A DNA stretch of 61,617 nucleotides, filler included. It is 5 parts of 5 records of this genome, joined end to end, with 100 filler letters (N's around TTAATTAATTAA, not from the genome) between each part and the next. Parts side by side here need not be neighbours in the genome. Positions count along the whole stretch, not along the records: positions 10,200 to 25,616 come from SRR31156797_15789; positions 25,717 to 47,601 come from SRR31156797_15792; 3 more parts are not named here. One strand, given 5' to 3'. The position numbers were made by a program, and so were the translations under genes. This document shows, piece by piece, positions 21,367 through 33,780 of the stretch (position 1 is its first letter; each line of letters opens with the position of its first letter). The notes beneath the pieces were generated by a model. That model saw only the letters and a program-made list of their open reading frames with translations. It had not been told where the DNA came from and searched no databases.

Positions 21367-21435
21367 TACTCAATCCTGATTACATCTTGCTTAAATGCAA
21401 TAATTTGCCTGAAAATTGATTGTTTGGATGCTCTA

Positions 21436-23847
21436 TTAAATATCGAGATCTGCTACTTCCAGGGCATGGTTTTGGATAAATTCCCGTCTTGGTTCCACCT
21501 TGTCGCCCATGAGAGTGGAAAAAATATCGTCCGCCATTTCCGCATCATCAATTTTAACCTGAACCAAAGTTCTGTTTTCGGGGTTCATGGTTGTCTCCCA
21601 GAGTTGCTCCGGATTCATTTCACCCAACCCTTTATATCGCTGGAGGTGGCTGCCTTTAAAAGTTTCACTACGAACAAGCTCAATCAACGCATGCCAATCA
21701 GCTGCTTCCAGTTCCTTTTCCTGGCCGCTTGCACTGGTCCTGACCAGTTTAAAAGAACCCCTTGTATAGGGGCTGATTTGATTGAATATATCCAATGCCT
21801 GACGATATTCCTTAATAAGAGGAATATTTGGTCCCAAAGTGGACATAAGAAGCGATTGTCCGCGAAAAGTAACATCAACCTCATAACAGGCAGGCCGCCA
21901 CCTGCACGACCTAATATTACCTATGACAGGTTTCAAAGAAGCTAAATTTTCCACAAGATTTTCAAGAAACTCTCTTTCCTCGAACTGATCTGCTGAGTGG
22001 ACTCTATTTTCCAGGAGAAACATTGTCATTTCTTCCTGGATATTCATTCTATCCAGATGGGAGATTATTTTTTCAAAAAAGGAGAGTTTTTTAAGGACTT
22101 CAACCATCTCCAAGCCACTTATTTCTGTATCCTGGGATGAATATACCTTAAAAAGTTCGCTTGCCTGGGAGTAAAGATGAGTGTTAAGTGCTTCGTCATC
22201 TATGAAATATTGCTCTTTTTTACCCCGGCCAAGACGATAAAGTGGAGGTTGCCCAATATAAACAAAACCATTTTCTACCAGCGGTAACATCTGGCGATAA
22301 AAGAAGGTGAGGAGTAGAGTTCTGATATGTGCTCCATCCACATCGGCATCGGTCATGATTATTACTTTGTGATACCGCAGTTTTTCTACATCAAATTCTT
22401 CTCTTCCTATTCCTGTTCCAAGCGAGGCTATCAGTTGCTTGATTTCTTCGGAGTTAAGAATTTTATCAAACCGGGCCTTCTCCACATTCATAATCTTGCC
22501 GCGCAATGGCAGGATAGCCTGCACAGCCCTGTCCCTACCCTGTTTTGCAGAACCTCCAGCAGAATCACCCTCGACTATAAATATTTCCCTTTTTTTAGGA
22601 TCTTTACTCTGACATTCAGCAAGTTTTCCGGCCATCATTACAGACAGCCCATCTTTTTTACGTGATAGTTCCCTTGCTCTTTTCGCTGCTTCCCTGGCTC
22701 TTGCCGCTTCAACGGCTTTACTGAGAATACGTTTAGCTACTGCCGGATTTTCTTCAAGGTATATGGAAAGTTTTTCGTTGCAGGTAGACTCTACAATGGA
22801 TTTCACTTCCGAGTTGCCCAACTTTGTTTTCGTCTGGCCTTCAAACTGGGGATCAGGTACACGGACAGAAATAATACATGTCAATCCCTCACGGACATCA
22901 TCACCACCCATTTTCTCTTTCAGATTTTTAGGGACTACATCATCACTTGCATACCTATTAATACATTTTGTAAGTGCCCCCCTGAATCCAGCAACATGGG
23001 TACCGCCTTCCCTGGTATTAATATTATTAACAAAAGAAAAGACCCGTTCCGAATACCCATCAAAATACTGAAAACATACCTCCACCTGGACGTTATCCTT
23101 TTCCCCGGTAATCAATACTGGTTCTGCATGAATGGCAGTTCTCTTGCGGTTTAGATACTCAACATAGGAGGTTATCCCACCTTCATAATGAAATTTATCC
23201 TCTTCACCTGATCGCTCATCCTTGAGATAAATCCGAATACCTTTATTTAAAAAGGCAAGTTCACGTAACCTGTTTTTAATAATTTCATATTTAAAAACGG
23301 TTGTTTCTGTAAAAATAGTGTCATCAGGAACGAAAAATATAGTTGTTCCCGACTTTTCACTGGTACCTATTTCCTCCAGTTCGCTGGTTCGCAGACCAAA
23401 TTCATAGGTCTGCTTGTACATTTTACCATTTCGCCGTACTTCTGCATGGGCTCTGGTACTCAGGGCGTTGACAACTGAAACCCCCACACCGTGAAGTCCG
23501 CCAGATACCTTGTAACTTGATTTATCGAATTTTCCGCCTGCATGGAGGGTCGTCATGACCAATTCCAGTGCCGACATATTTTCCGTTGGATGCATATCAA
23601 CAGGGATCCCCCTGCCGTTATCGGCCACTGTTACTGAATTATCCTGATGAACGGTAATCCGTATCCTGTCACAGTAACCTGCCAGAGCCTCGTCAATGGA
23701 GTTATCCACGACCTCATAAATGAGATGATGTAATCCTTCCTCAGCAGTATTGCCTATATACATTGATGGTCTTTTTCTTACGGCTTCAAGTCCATCAAGG
23801 ACTTTAATCTGCTCCGCACCATACGACGAATGATTCTGTTCGCTCAC
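21436..23847 (-). CDS. gyrB: DNA gyrase subunit B
   Basis: [54 protein letters not shown]. Confidence 0.99.
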   Translation of the reverse strand: MSEQNHSSYGAEQIKVLDGLEAVRKRPSMYIGNTAEEGLHHLIYEVVDNSIDEALAGYCDRIRITVHQDNSVTVADNGRGIPVDMHPTENMSALELVMTTLHAGGKFDKSSYKVSGGLHGVGVSVVNALSTRAHAEVRRNGKMYKQTYEFGLRTSELEEIGTSEKSGTTIFFVPDDTIFTETTVFKYEIIKNRLRELAFLNKGIRIYLKDERSGEEDKFHYEGGITSYVEYLNRKRTAIHAEPVLITGEKDNVQVEVCFQYFDGYSERVFSFVNNINTREGGTHVAGFRGALTKCINRYASDDVVPKNLKEKMGGDDVREGLTCIISVRVPDPQFEGQTKTKLGNSEVKSIVESTCNEKLSIYLEENPAVAKRILSKAVEAARAREAAKRARELSRKKDGLSVMMAGKLAECQSKDPKKREIFIVEGDSAGGSAKQGRDRAVQAILPLRGKIMNVEKARFDKILNSEEIKQLIASLGTGIGREEFDVEKLRYHKVIIMTDADVDGAHIRTLLLTFFYRQMLPLVENGFVYIGQPPLYRLGRGKKEQYFIDDEALNTHLYSQASELFKVYSSQDTEISGLEMVEVLKKLSFFEKIISHLDRMNIQEEMTMFLLENRVHSADQFEEREFLENLVENLASLKPVIGNIRSCRWRPACYEVDVTFRGQSLLMSTLGPNIPLIKEYRQALDIFNQISPYTRGSFKLVRTSASGQEKELEAADWHALIELVRSETFKGSHLQRYKGLGEMNPEQLWETTMNPENRTLVQVKIDDAEMADDIFSTLMGDKVEPRREFIQNHALEVADLDI

Positions 23848-23930
23848 TTTTTTCCTTTTTATGAATTTAACAAGAGGAAAAACCTTTCCTATCTACCCGA
23901 TAGTTAGGTTTAAAATTAAGATTATAAATA

Positions 23931-24407
23931 TCAGGATTCAAACCTGTTTTTGGTAACATTCTTTGAGGCTATTTTTGGATCAAATATTTTTCCATTCATA
24001 GCTATATAAACACCTTTTGGAAGAATCTGGACTGCAGCTATGGCATATCCTATATTGAAAACAGCGTCACTTATCCTGAGTTTGGCAGGCTGCATCGATC
24101 CCGTTAAAACAACAGTTTTATCTACCGATAAAAGCGTTTTTGCTGTTTCTACCATGGTATCTGTACCATGGGTTATGAGTATTCTTTGATGGGAGTCGGC
24201 CCTCACTCTTTCCAATATGAATTGGCGATCAACATCTGTCATCTCCAAAGAATCTTTTTTAAGTAAAGATTCAACCTCATAGGGAAAAACAACATTAGCT
24301 TCTTCCAATACTTCATTTATATGAGGATCACCTACCTGAAACTCACTTTTAGCATCAAAATAGATTTTATCAATGGTTCCTCCAGTAGTGAAAATTTTCA
24401 TACTCAT
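23931..24407 (-). CDS. Short-chain asparaginase-domain protein
   Basis: TGGTIDK and HGTDTM catalytic Thr motifs, LTGS. Only 158 aa. Confidence 0.85.
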   Translation of the reverse strand: MSMKIFTTGGTIDKIYFDAKSEFQVGDPHINEVLEEANVVFPYEVESLLKKDSLEMTDVDRQFILERVRADSHQRILITHGTDTMVETAKTLLSVDKTVVLTGSMQPAKLRISDAVFNIGYAIAAVQILPKGVYIAMNGKIFDPKIASKNVTKNRFES

Positions 24408-24423
24408 AATATATTGATTTTAT

Positions 24424-25554
24424 CTATAATTTCATAGGCATGATAACACTTATAAAACCTTCATCATTATCCGATGTTATAAGACACGGACTTTCGTCTG
24501 AGCTTATACTTGCCTTAATAACATCTCCATCTATAACCTGGAGTGTATCCATAAAATATCTACAATTGAATCCCATAGAAAGAGATTCTCCTTCATATTC
24601 GACAGTAAATTCATCCTTTGCAGATCCAAAATCAGCATTTTGCGAAGTCAGTATCATATTTATATCCGAAATTTCCATTTTAATAGCGTGAAAAAGATCT
24701 TCTGTGAAAAGATTTATTCTTTTTAAACTTTCTAAAAAACGAATACGATCAATGAGAATTATATTATCATTTGACAAACCTTGCAAAATAGATTGATAAT
24801 CAGGGAATTCTCCTTCCATTAGTCTAATAATTAGTAAACTATCACTACTTTTTAAAACAGCCTGTTTTTCTTCTATACTAAAGGAAAAACTATCAGTATT
24901 ATCACAAAATTTTCGAATTTCCTGAACACCTCTTCGAGGAATTAAGGTAATTGGATTCATTTCCAGGCTGTCCAGACTTTCATCAACTTCCTTGCTCATA
25001 ATTGTCAGACGGTGCCCATCAGAGGAAATCATTTTTAAAAAAAGTTTATCATCTTCTTTTACCTTCTGAAACAATGCAGCGGTAAGGCTGAACATATTTT
25101 CCTTATCCTGAGCAATGGAAAATATTGTTTTATCGACGAGGTCTGCAATGACTGTACTGTCTACACTCACCATTGCTTCTTCATCGTATTCAGGAAATTG
25201 CGGAAATTCATCGCTTATCATTCCGGCCAGTCTATAGACACTGGGACCGGCAGTAATTTCTACCCAGTTTTTATCCTCTTCTTTAAAGGAAATAACTGAG
25301 GATCCCGATTCCCTAGCCAATTCGAACAACTTTTTAGCAGGCAAGGTTAGCGTCCCTGGTGAGAGGACTTCTGCAGGTACAGTTTGTTTAAGACCTATTT
25401 CCAGATCTGTTCCGGTGAAAGTTATCTTATCGTGCCCTACTTCCAATAAAACATTTGATAGAATAGCCAGGGTTCCCTTTTTGCTGGTAATGTTTTGCTG
25501 GGTGCTGATTGCCTTGAGTAGGTCATCCCTGCTTATGTTAAATTGAAAGGCCAT
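24424..25554 (-). CDS. dnaN: DNA polymerase III beta sliding clamp
   Basis: ILSNVLL, GTDLE, SDGHRL, GEFPDY, GFNCRY, VIMPM. Confidence 0.97.
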   Translation of the reverse strand: MAFQFNISRDDLLKAISTQQNITSKKGTLAILSNVLLEVGHDKITFTGTDLEIGLKQTVPAEVLSPGTLTLPAKKLFELARESGSSVISFKEEDKNWVEITAGPSVYRLAGMISDEFPQFPEYDEEAMVSVDSTVIADLVDKTIFSIAQDKENMFSLTAALFQKVKEDDKLFLKMISSDGHRLTIMSKEVDESLDSLEMNPITLIPRRGVQEIRKFCDNTDSFSFSIEEKQAVLKSSDSLLIIRLMEGEFPDYQSILQGLSNDNIILIDRIRFLESLKRINLFTEDLFHAIKMEISDINMILTSQNADFGSAKDEFTVEYEGESLSMGFNCRYFMDTLQVIDGDVIKASISSDESPCLITSDNDEGFISVIMPMKL

Positions 25555-25616
25555 ATTAATAATCCTTTTTTATATAAAAATTTATAATTGTTATTAAGGG
25601 TGTTTGTTTGTTGGGA

Positions 25617-25716
25617 NNNNNNNNNNNNNNNNNNNNNNNNNNNNNNNNNNNNNNNNNNNNTTAATTAATTAANNNNNNNNNNNNNNNNNNNNNNNNNNNN
25701 NNNNNNNNNNNNNNNN
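25617..25716. other. Artificial contig linker
   Basis: N-run, TTAATTAATTAA, N-run. Confidence 0.99.
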
Positions 25717-28700
25717 AGCTTCTAAAATCCAGTGATACTGCAATACATTTTGTAAGTCATCAAACTCACAGGTTTCGTCATTATCATCATTAATGGTAGG
25801 TTGTCTTTCATTGGCTGCTTTAATCCGGATACTTCCTCCGGCATCTACATTGTCAATGGAGAAGGAAACAGGTGTGTATTTTCCTTCAACGCCCACAGGG
25901 AACTCATAATCTGTTGTGGAGGCTATGGCAGGAAAATCTTTTAGTATTCCTGCATCGGTAAATGAAATATTTGTTTGAATCAGTGTGTTGGCATCAAATG
26001 TGGATGTTGTGGTAATTTCGGCAGAGGACTGTAAGTAAAGCAGATACTGATCGATATCAAATATACCTTCGTTCAATTGCAATTCATCTACAATTGAAAT
26101 ATCAGAACCGGAACCGCCATCAATACTTACACCTGATGCGTTATTTATGGTTAGTCGATCATATGCCCCTGCACCAGTCATAATCTGTTCGCGCGAGCCA
26201 TTCAAATAAATTCCATTACTTGATCCACCCCAAATATGTGTACCACCAAAGTTAATATTACCAAGAACATTTAATGTATTATCGTTATCAACAAAATCTC
26301 CACTAGCCATACTAAAAATATTCTCCACTGTAATGTCATCATTAATTTGGAGTTCTGAACCACCGGTACGTGTTAAATTATAGAAGGTTGTAACTCCTGT
26401 TATGGATTGCAATGTGAGTTCATCAAAAATTATGGTGTTGCCTCCCGCATTGTATGATCCGCCATTATTTGTGAAGTCACCAGCTAAATTAATATCCCAT
26501 CCGTCAGCATTAAGAGTTGTATTTGCTGCTATCGTAATATCTTCATCTACGTCCAAAACTTTGCGCTCGATTTTTAATTCCGGATCAGAGCCTGCATCAT
26601 TATTGAGTTCAATATTTTTCAGTGGTATATTACTGTAAATCCCAATAACCTGACTACCATTTGTTTCTGTTGTTCCAATCTGTATTGCTGATCCGGCACC
26701 TAATGTATATGAATCAGGATTGAGATAAATAGCGGGGAACGTTGGATTGTCCTGCGCATTGGCAATCTTGATCACCGCATCATCGACCATGGTTAATTCA
26801 CTTCCGGCATTTAGAATTTCGAAAACACCTCTGTTATTTTCAGGAATGGAATTATCTGTTCCTATTCTGATATCATTGTTATCATTATTTACATAGAATT
26901 TCAGAATACCTTCTTCGGTGTCGGTTGATCTTCTGATTTGTGATCCTACATAAAAAGCATTAGCCTGATTAATAACGATTTCACTGCTGCCGGAGGCTGT
27001 GTATTCAATATAGTTATTGTCTCCTTCATTTAATAAGAAGTTGGTATTCCAACCGGCAGTAATTTTTCCGTCGAGCCAAATACCTGTATTATTACCAGAT
27101 ACCCGAACAGTTGCAGAAGTTCCCAAAAATAATTCTGCGTCAGCCGGGATGTTAAAATTTGCACCGCCGGAAGTTAAAGTAATATCAATATCTGCATCTC
27201 TGAGCAACAAACGTCCGCTAATTAGCTCTAGCGCTTTTTCATCCCCATCTGTTGGGCCGTTGAGTATGAAGTTATTGCTAAAGTCAAAACTTGGATTACC
27301 GGCACCGCTTTTGTTCATTACAATACGGTATAAATCAGGTACTATTGATGTTGAGGCATTTGTAAATTCACCATTGTCTTCACCTGCTAAAATTAAAATA
27401 GCATTATTATAAGGGGCAGCGCCATTATAAAAATCCCAATCGGATGTTCCATCCAGGTTCGATTCCATTGTAATATCCCCTTTTACGGTAACCGTATGCT
27501 CATAACTATTTTGGTTGTCATTTTTAACTAAAAAGCGCGCACCATCATTGCCATTTCCGTTTTCGAATTGCAAATTACCATCAATTTCAATATCCACTTC
27601 ACGATCATCACCAATTTCTACTGTTGTTCGGTTGGCTTGCCAGGTAATTCTTAAGTCTCCTCCTATTTTAGTGTCGTGATTAATACGCCAACGCGGGCTT
27701 CGGTCAAGTCTAACATAGCCGTTTACCGTAATAGGAACGGTGGTTTGTAATATTCTGTTATTATCATCATTGGCTCCATCACCAGCCTCAATTCTGATAT
27801 TTGGATAAATTTCAATATTGGCAGGCATGTCAACCAGTTGATTATCAGCATCAATTTTAAAATTGAATACACTGTTGGTTTCATTGCTAAATTCTCCTAA
27901 ATCGGTATCTCCTGAGAAAGTTGGTGTTTGTGCTTCCGTAACCTCAAGATAGATTTCCCCTGCACCACTAACTGTCCCTAAGTTAAGATTAGCGTCACGC
28001 TTAGTTACCCAGATTCTAGGATTCCAGCCACCTAAAGAAGGATCAAATATGACTGAGGCTACAGAAATATCAACATTTCCATAAACCCAACTATTACCAT
28101 TTGAACCTCCGTATGTTTTAATAATTGCCACATCACCTGCCTGAGGGTATCCGGTATTACCGTCATCAACACCATCATCTGTTTTGGACCATTTAGATTG
28201 GCTGTTCCAGTTTCCTATACCTGTGTTTGTTGTATAAAATACATCTACACCTCCTAGAAAACGACCTAATTCTCCTGCAGTATAGTTGGCATCTTTGATT
28301 TCCTCTGCGTCAAAAGCAATGGTATTGGCCACATCATCAAAGTTGCTAGTGTTACCGAATGCTCGTGAAAAATCGGGAACAAATAAAACATTTCCAGGCC
28401 AGAAACTTGCTTCATTCAATGATCCGTCTACATCTGATTGATCATAGCTAAAGGAATAGGTTACATCGGGTAAAGTTGAAAAGTCTTCGTTTTCAATATG
28501 CCAGTAGTAAGAGAGAATATCTCCTCCTCCTGAAGCTGTAGTAGCTAAAACTTCATCGGCCACACTTACTGATATTTTACCGTCATCAGCATAATTGCTT
28601 ATCGTAACAGTGGCAGGAGTATATCTTGTGATTGCATTAGCATTCGTTCCTATATTATATGTATATGCGCCATTTCCGGATATAGGTAAAGTTAAACCTC

Positions 28701-31700
28701 CGTCAGAAGCATTTCCGGCTGTTTGAAACATCTGAGAAACTCCCGGACTTGCAACGCTTGCTGAGCCGGTAACATCTAAATTGAAAATATTTAAATCTGT
28801 AATACCATTTGTAATTGTAAAATCAGTTACATCAATATTACTTAATAATTGAACTCCATTTGCATTGTCAACCTCAATATTACCAAATGGTTGTGCCAGG
28901 GTATTTGATCCTTTGATGGTTTGTAGTGCACTTCCATTTAATATTAGTGTTCCTTCAGGATCGGTTCCAGAAGAGGCAATTATCTGCCCATCAGTTATTT
29001 CAACATTTCCTTTTAAGTGAACTTCAAACTCATCTAAATCAAATTCACCACGCGTAATGGTTAAGTCTCCGTTAATTAACAGCGGATGATTTCCATCAGG
29101 GCGGTTATAACCATTCACTTCAACACTTCGAAAAAGGGACGTATTATATCGTTGGTCTTTATAGATAACAACATCATTAAAGACTAATGCGCCAGCTGTA
29201 GCAACATCTCGTACTCTGATGTTTGTGTTTTGATTGCTATAGAAATGGGTCGTATTTGTTCTGGCGTTATAATCGGCACCATCCTGGTGATCCCAGTCTC
29301 CTCCAACATATAGGTCATAAATGGTTCCATCAGCGTCGTCTCTTACATCCAGCAAACAGTTATCGTTGATTGTGAGGTCATTCAATACTTTTAAATCATT
29401 TGTTAACCGAACAGTGGTGGTTCCGGTTCCGCTTAAACGGGCTATTTCCAGATCCCATATTGGGGGAACAATTCCAATTTCAAAGTTATTTCCGCTTCTA
29501 ACTTCAATGGTTATTTTTCCTCCTGTTACATTAAAGTTTCCTTCTGTAGATGGCACAAACATACCATTTGTACTGGAACCGGCAATGTCGTAGAATACGA
29601 TTTCACCACCAGACATGTTAAATGTTCCGGTTGGATCCTGAATTTCAAAAATTGGGTCACCGGAAACTTCTCCGGCTTCAGTTTCATTACCCCGTATAAT
29701 TAATGTACCATCTGTTTGAGTGAAAGAACAAACGCCACCACTTCCGGCAGCTCTTAATTGAGAAACATTAGATGTACCTCCTTCAATTTTAACCTGTGCA
29801 TTGGCCGCTGCCCAGAATATAAATCCGGCACTGTTACGTGTACCAAAAGTACCATTTGAAATTCTAAATTCGCCAAAAACAGACATCGCCTGGTTGCTAC
29901 TGCTTGTTCGTACTCCACTGGCAGTATAAGTATCACCAGAGGTAAAACCTGTTATTTGGTCAACATCACTTGCCGTTGAATAAACGGTAACATCAACACC
30001 TGCCATCCACATGCTACTATTCATACCGATGGCATAATCACCATTACCGCCTTCTTCATTTCCTTCAGATAAACTTGGAATTAATATATTTCCTGTAAGT
30101 TTAAGTGTACCGTTTTTGATAAATAACGCTTTTCTAATTAATGGAGCTTCAGATGAATAACCAAGACTATTATCTACTCTTCCTACACTATTAGCTCCGA
30201 ATAGATTAAAATGAGTTATGTCATCTGAAAAGAGATTCATTTCATATGTTTTATCAACACCTTTATCTATAACCAAATTGTAAACATCGGTAACTCCATA
30301 GCACTGCATGCTTGTATTAGAGCTGCCTTCGAATCGAAGTGTTACTGCTCCATTTGTTGGGAAATCATCGTAATCCGGTGCGTTTTGGTTTGTAAATCTA
30401 ACGGTACCGTAGTTATAGAAATTTCCTTGTACAACAAATTGATGAAAGATACTGTGGTATTCTTTTCCATCATCAATTGGCATTGTTCCACCTATTTGGT
30501 AACCTGTTCTAACATCTCCTTCGCCTGTTAAAATACTTGCAGCATCAGACACATTCACATCTCCTTCCACATGGATGTTAATAATGTCAGTAAGCACATC
30601 ATTATTAATGACTAAGGTTCCTGTGTCGATTGTTAAATCACCATTAATCTGTAAGTCTTTTGTCAATACTATTTCATCAGCAGAATTATCGAGGGAGATC
30701 TGCATATTATAGAATTCATAATTATTTAGATTGGAAAGATTGTACCCGGAGCCCTCAAACGACACGGTACCTTCACCTAATCCTTCAGTGATGAAATGTG
30801 TGGCATCACCATCCGGGAAATTATCAGCGTTTGCAATAATTCTACCACTACCTCTGATTTCAGCAAATTCATGACCGCTTGTGGTTGTAAGGTTTAGTTC
30901 TCCATCAACGGTAATTTTTACATTTGTTTTATTATCATTACCTGGCTGAATGGTGATTGAACGACCGGAAAGGATTATAACTTCGTCAATTTCACTTGTG
31001 GGGCTGGTTGAAGGTGTGAGGTTATCAGGATTATCTGGTAATGCACCAGAAGGATCCAGTGTCCATGTTTCCCAATCGTCCCAATCTCCGGTAATTAGCG
31101 TATACCATTTTAATCCGGTTACACCTTCCAAAGGACTATCTGTTGAGTTTTCGGTTCCAAATGTGTAGTAACCACTTTGTAATTCAGCACTTGTTAAATC
31201 AAAATAAACCTGGTCTCCACTTTGTATACCATCAGCATTTTGAACTTTCGAAAAATTACCTGATGTTCCTGCGCGGTAAAGTAAAGTGTAATTAGACGCA
31301 TTTGATGGATAATCAGCATCTTCCATGGCTTCCTGAAAATCAAAACTCAGCCGAACTTCGGGTGTGTTCACTTCTTCTAAATACCAGATTCTGTTATATC
31401 TTTCCACCGCACCTGAAGCACCCAAATCTGCAGTGCTAATCGTAGCGGTATTATTTGTTGCATTATTGTGTGAAGTGAAAATATAATCTCCAGCTCCTGT
31501 GCCCGCCAAAGTTTCTAAATACAGACCTGCACTGCTGGCAATTGTATGTTCGCCGTTTGCTTCTTCTCCAACTCCGGCCACATTATACGTATAAGATGCG
31601 TTAGGTGAGTATAGATCATTATCTATATTGATACCATATTTAATCTCTAAATACTGATAAACTATTTGCAGTTGCGCATCATTTAAGGCTGTTGAATAAA

Positions 31701-32421
31701 ATATTACTTCAGCAGCGTTAACATTGTGATATCCGGAAGTGTAACGACCAATGGCCGATCCATTATAGTCACTTAATTGAGTGGCATTAGAGCGACTTCC
31801 TAAATATGAATTATTTTGATAATTTCTACGCTGATCAGTGCTTTCAGATGAAGCAAGCAATGTTGCAAAAGCACCATACTCATCAGGGTCAGTTCCTCCG
31901 GAGTACGAAAGTGCATTGCTTAGCATGTTGGTTTGTAGGTCGTTACCGTAGTGGTGAGCTCTGAACTGTGAACTGTTTGCCCAATATAAATGCAAGTTTC
32001 GGTTAGAGGAGGAGGTTGTTCCACCCATAAAAATCCGGAAACCATTGTTAGTTCTTCTTTTTCCAACAAATATGACGGTATAATCAGAGTTGGCAATTTG
32101 GTTACCATCAAAAGGCATAAAATCATCTGAACCATCAAAAACCACAGCGGGCAACCCATTTATTTCACCGGTTGTAAAAATGGGGCGACTGTCTGAAACT
32201 GACTGTTCTGCATCATTCCCATTTCCGGAAATATCATTCCAAATTGAAACCGGATCTCCATTACTTAAGTTTAAGGAGTCTGCAGCAAACCACATTACAT
32301 TTTGAGGTTGACTATTTGCACCCGTAGCATTTCCAACTCCTCCGGGACCGGTTTGAGCAAATCCGGAAAATGAAAAAGTCGCAGCTGCGATTAGAAGATA
32401 GAGTGTAATTTTATATTTCAT
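25717..32421 (-). CDS. Giant secreted/surface protein of Bacteroidota type (>2230 aa, 3'-truncated)
   Basis: Signal peptide, N-terminal LamG/ConA-like module (QTGPGGVG...WFAADSL...WNDISGNGN), Gly/Asn/Asp/Thr-rich beta-helix-like repeats. C-terminus lost at the contig end. Confidence 0.8.
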
Positions 32422-32835
32422 AATTCAAATTATTTTCTTTATCAGGTGTATCCATATACGCTTATCTGTGCGGTTGGTTGTTGCATTCATCAAATAAAAC
32501 ATGCTATTTGTCAAATTAACAACTTCTTAACAGTCAGGGCTTTGGACAATAAAGGTTGTAAGTGTTTACTAATCAAAAAGAATGCCATATGAGACCGATA
32601 ATTCTCGTATGCCTTCAACTTTTGTGCGACGATATAGTTTTTGTGGTTTGATTTGAGGCATTCGCAATATTGGCCAGTTTTTGAAGGCATTTTCCTCTAC
32701 ATTTTCATGAGAATTCTCCATGATGACTCAAAGTAATAAATAGTAAATAATTGCTAGTGGTTTTTAGTTATTTGCTGCGGGCAAGAAAATACAAAGATCC
32801 ATTTAGGTATGGAGGAAGATTGGGTTAAAGAGGAA

Positions 32836-32891
32836 ATAAGATAAAGGATAAAAGTAAAAAGATAAAAGACTTAAGGCAAAAGATAAAAAAT
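32836..32891 (+). repeat. Degenerate heptamer tandem array (AAAAGAT)x8
   Basis: ATAAGAT AAAGGAT AAAAGTA AAAAGAT AAAAGAC TTAAGGC AAAAGAT AAAAAAT. Confidence 0.75.
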
Positions 32892-32918
32892 TAATAGATT
32901 TGTGAAAACAAGGAAATC

Positions 32919-33269
32919 ATGAAAAGAGATTTATGTGATCGCTTATTCGACTTCTCGGTATCTGTATTAAAGTTTTTACCATCATTGCCAAGCACTCCTG
33001 AGTTAAAAGTTATTAGGTACCAGTTAGCAAAAAGCGCATCATCTGCCGGAGCAAATTATGAAGAGGCTCAGGCAGGCTCTTCCAGAGCAGATTTTAATAA
33101 TAAATCAAGAATTGCATTAAGAGAAATGCGTGAATCAAACTATTGGTTAAGGCTAATCAGATCAATCTACAGAGATAATGAGGTTTTAACGGTGTTGATA
33201 AGTGAATCGGCTGAGTTAAAATTAATTTTGGGATCAATTGTATCGAAAACTAATAAAATTGGTACCTAA
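32919..33269 (+). CDS. Four helix bundle protein (TIGR02436 / 23S rRNA IVP family)
   Basis: QLAKSASSAGANYEEAQ...SRADF...IALREMRESNYWL...EL..IL.SI, 116 aa. A Bacteroidota TAnnTTTG box lies at 32895-32902. Confidence 0.9.
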   Translation: MKRDLCDRLFDFSVSVLKFLPSLPSTPELKVIRYQLAKSASSAGANYEEAQAGSSRADFNNKSRIALREMRESNYWLRLIRSIYRDNEVLTVLISESAELKLILGSIVSKTNKIGT

Positions 33270-33294
33270 TTCAAATAATTAGACTTTTCGGACT

Positions 33295-33329
33295 ATTTTT
33301 AATCTTTGAACTTTTATCTTTAATCTTTT
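33295..33329 (-). repeat. Inverted heptamer array (ATCTTTT)x5
   Basis: ATTTTTA ATCTTTG AACTTTT ATCTTTA ATCTTTT, the reverse complement of the upstream unit. Confidence 0.7.
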
Positions 33330-33368
33330 AAGCTAAGAACCAATGCCAATAGCAATAATTGAATTTAA

Positions 33369-33731
33369 GTGAAATTAACTACAAAAACATACCGCTTCAT
33401 CTTCTGGCTCCTAATTCTTGGGCTTATTGTGGTTTCCAGTATCCCTAACGGTACGCTAAACCGTACAATTCAAGCCGATAAGTTTAAGTTTCGTTTGGAC
33501 TATCTTCTTCATTTTGTGGCCTATTTTGTAATCGGAATTGCTGCTGCACTAGCTTATAAACCTAATTGGAAATTGTTGTTACTACTAATTATTTTTGCTC
33601 TCGTAGAGGAAGGACATCAATATTGGATTCCAAACCGGACGGTTAATCCGGTGGATTTTATGTATGATATGATTGGCTTGCTGACTGGAACAGGACTTGT
33701 ATTTTTTTTAAAAAGGAAACAAAAGTTTTGA
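33369..33731 (+). CDS. VanZ-family membrane protein
   Basis: DYLLHFVAY, EEGHQYWIPNR...D...D..G motif. Confidence 0.8.
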   Translation: MKLTTKTYRFIFWLLILGLIVVSSIPNGTLNRTIQADKFKFRLDYLLHFVAYFVIGIAAALAYKPNWKLLLLLIIFALVEEGHQYWIPNRTVNPVDFMYDMIGLLTGTGLVFFLKRKQKF

Positions 33732-33742
33732 TTTGCTTATTT

Positions 33743-33777
33743 TATTGAGTAAATTTACTCAGCGTATTGAGTAAATT
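33743..33777. promoter_or_regulatory. Operator-like palindrome and direct repeat before the ATPase gene
   Basis: Perfect 16-bp palindrome TGAGTAAATTTACTCA (33746-33761). TATTGAGTAAATT occurs at 33743 and 33765. Confidence 0.6.
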
Positions 33778-33780
33778 GTT

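Noticed and set aside
32919-33269. Diversity-generating retroelement (Avd-like fold) or rRNA intervening sequence
   Set aside because: No reverse transcriptase, TR/VR pair or rRNA sequence nearby.
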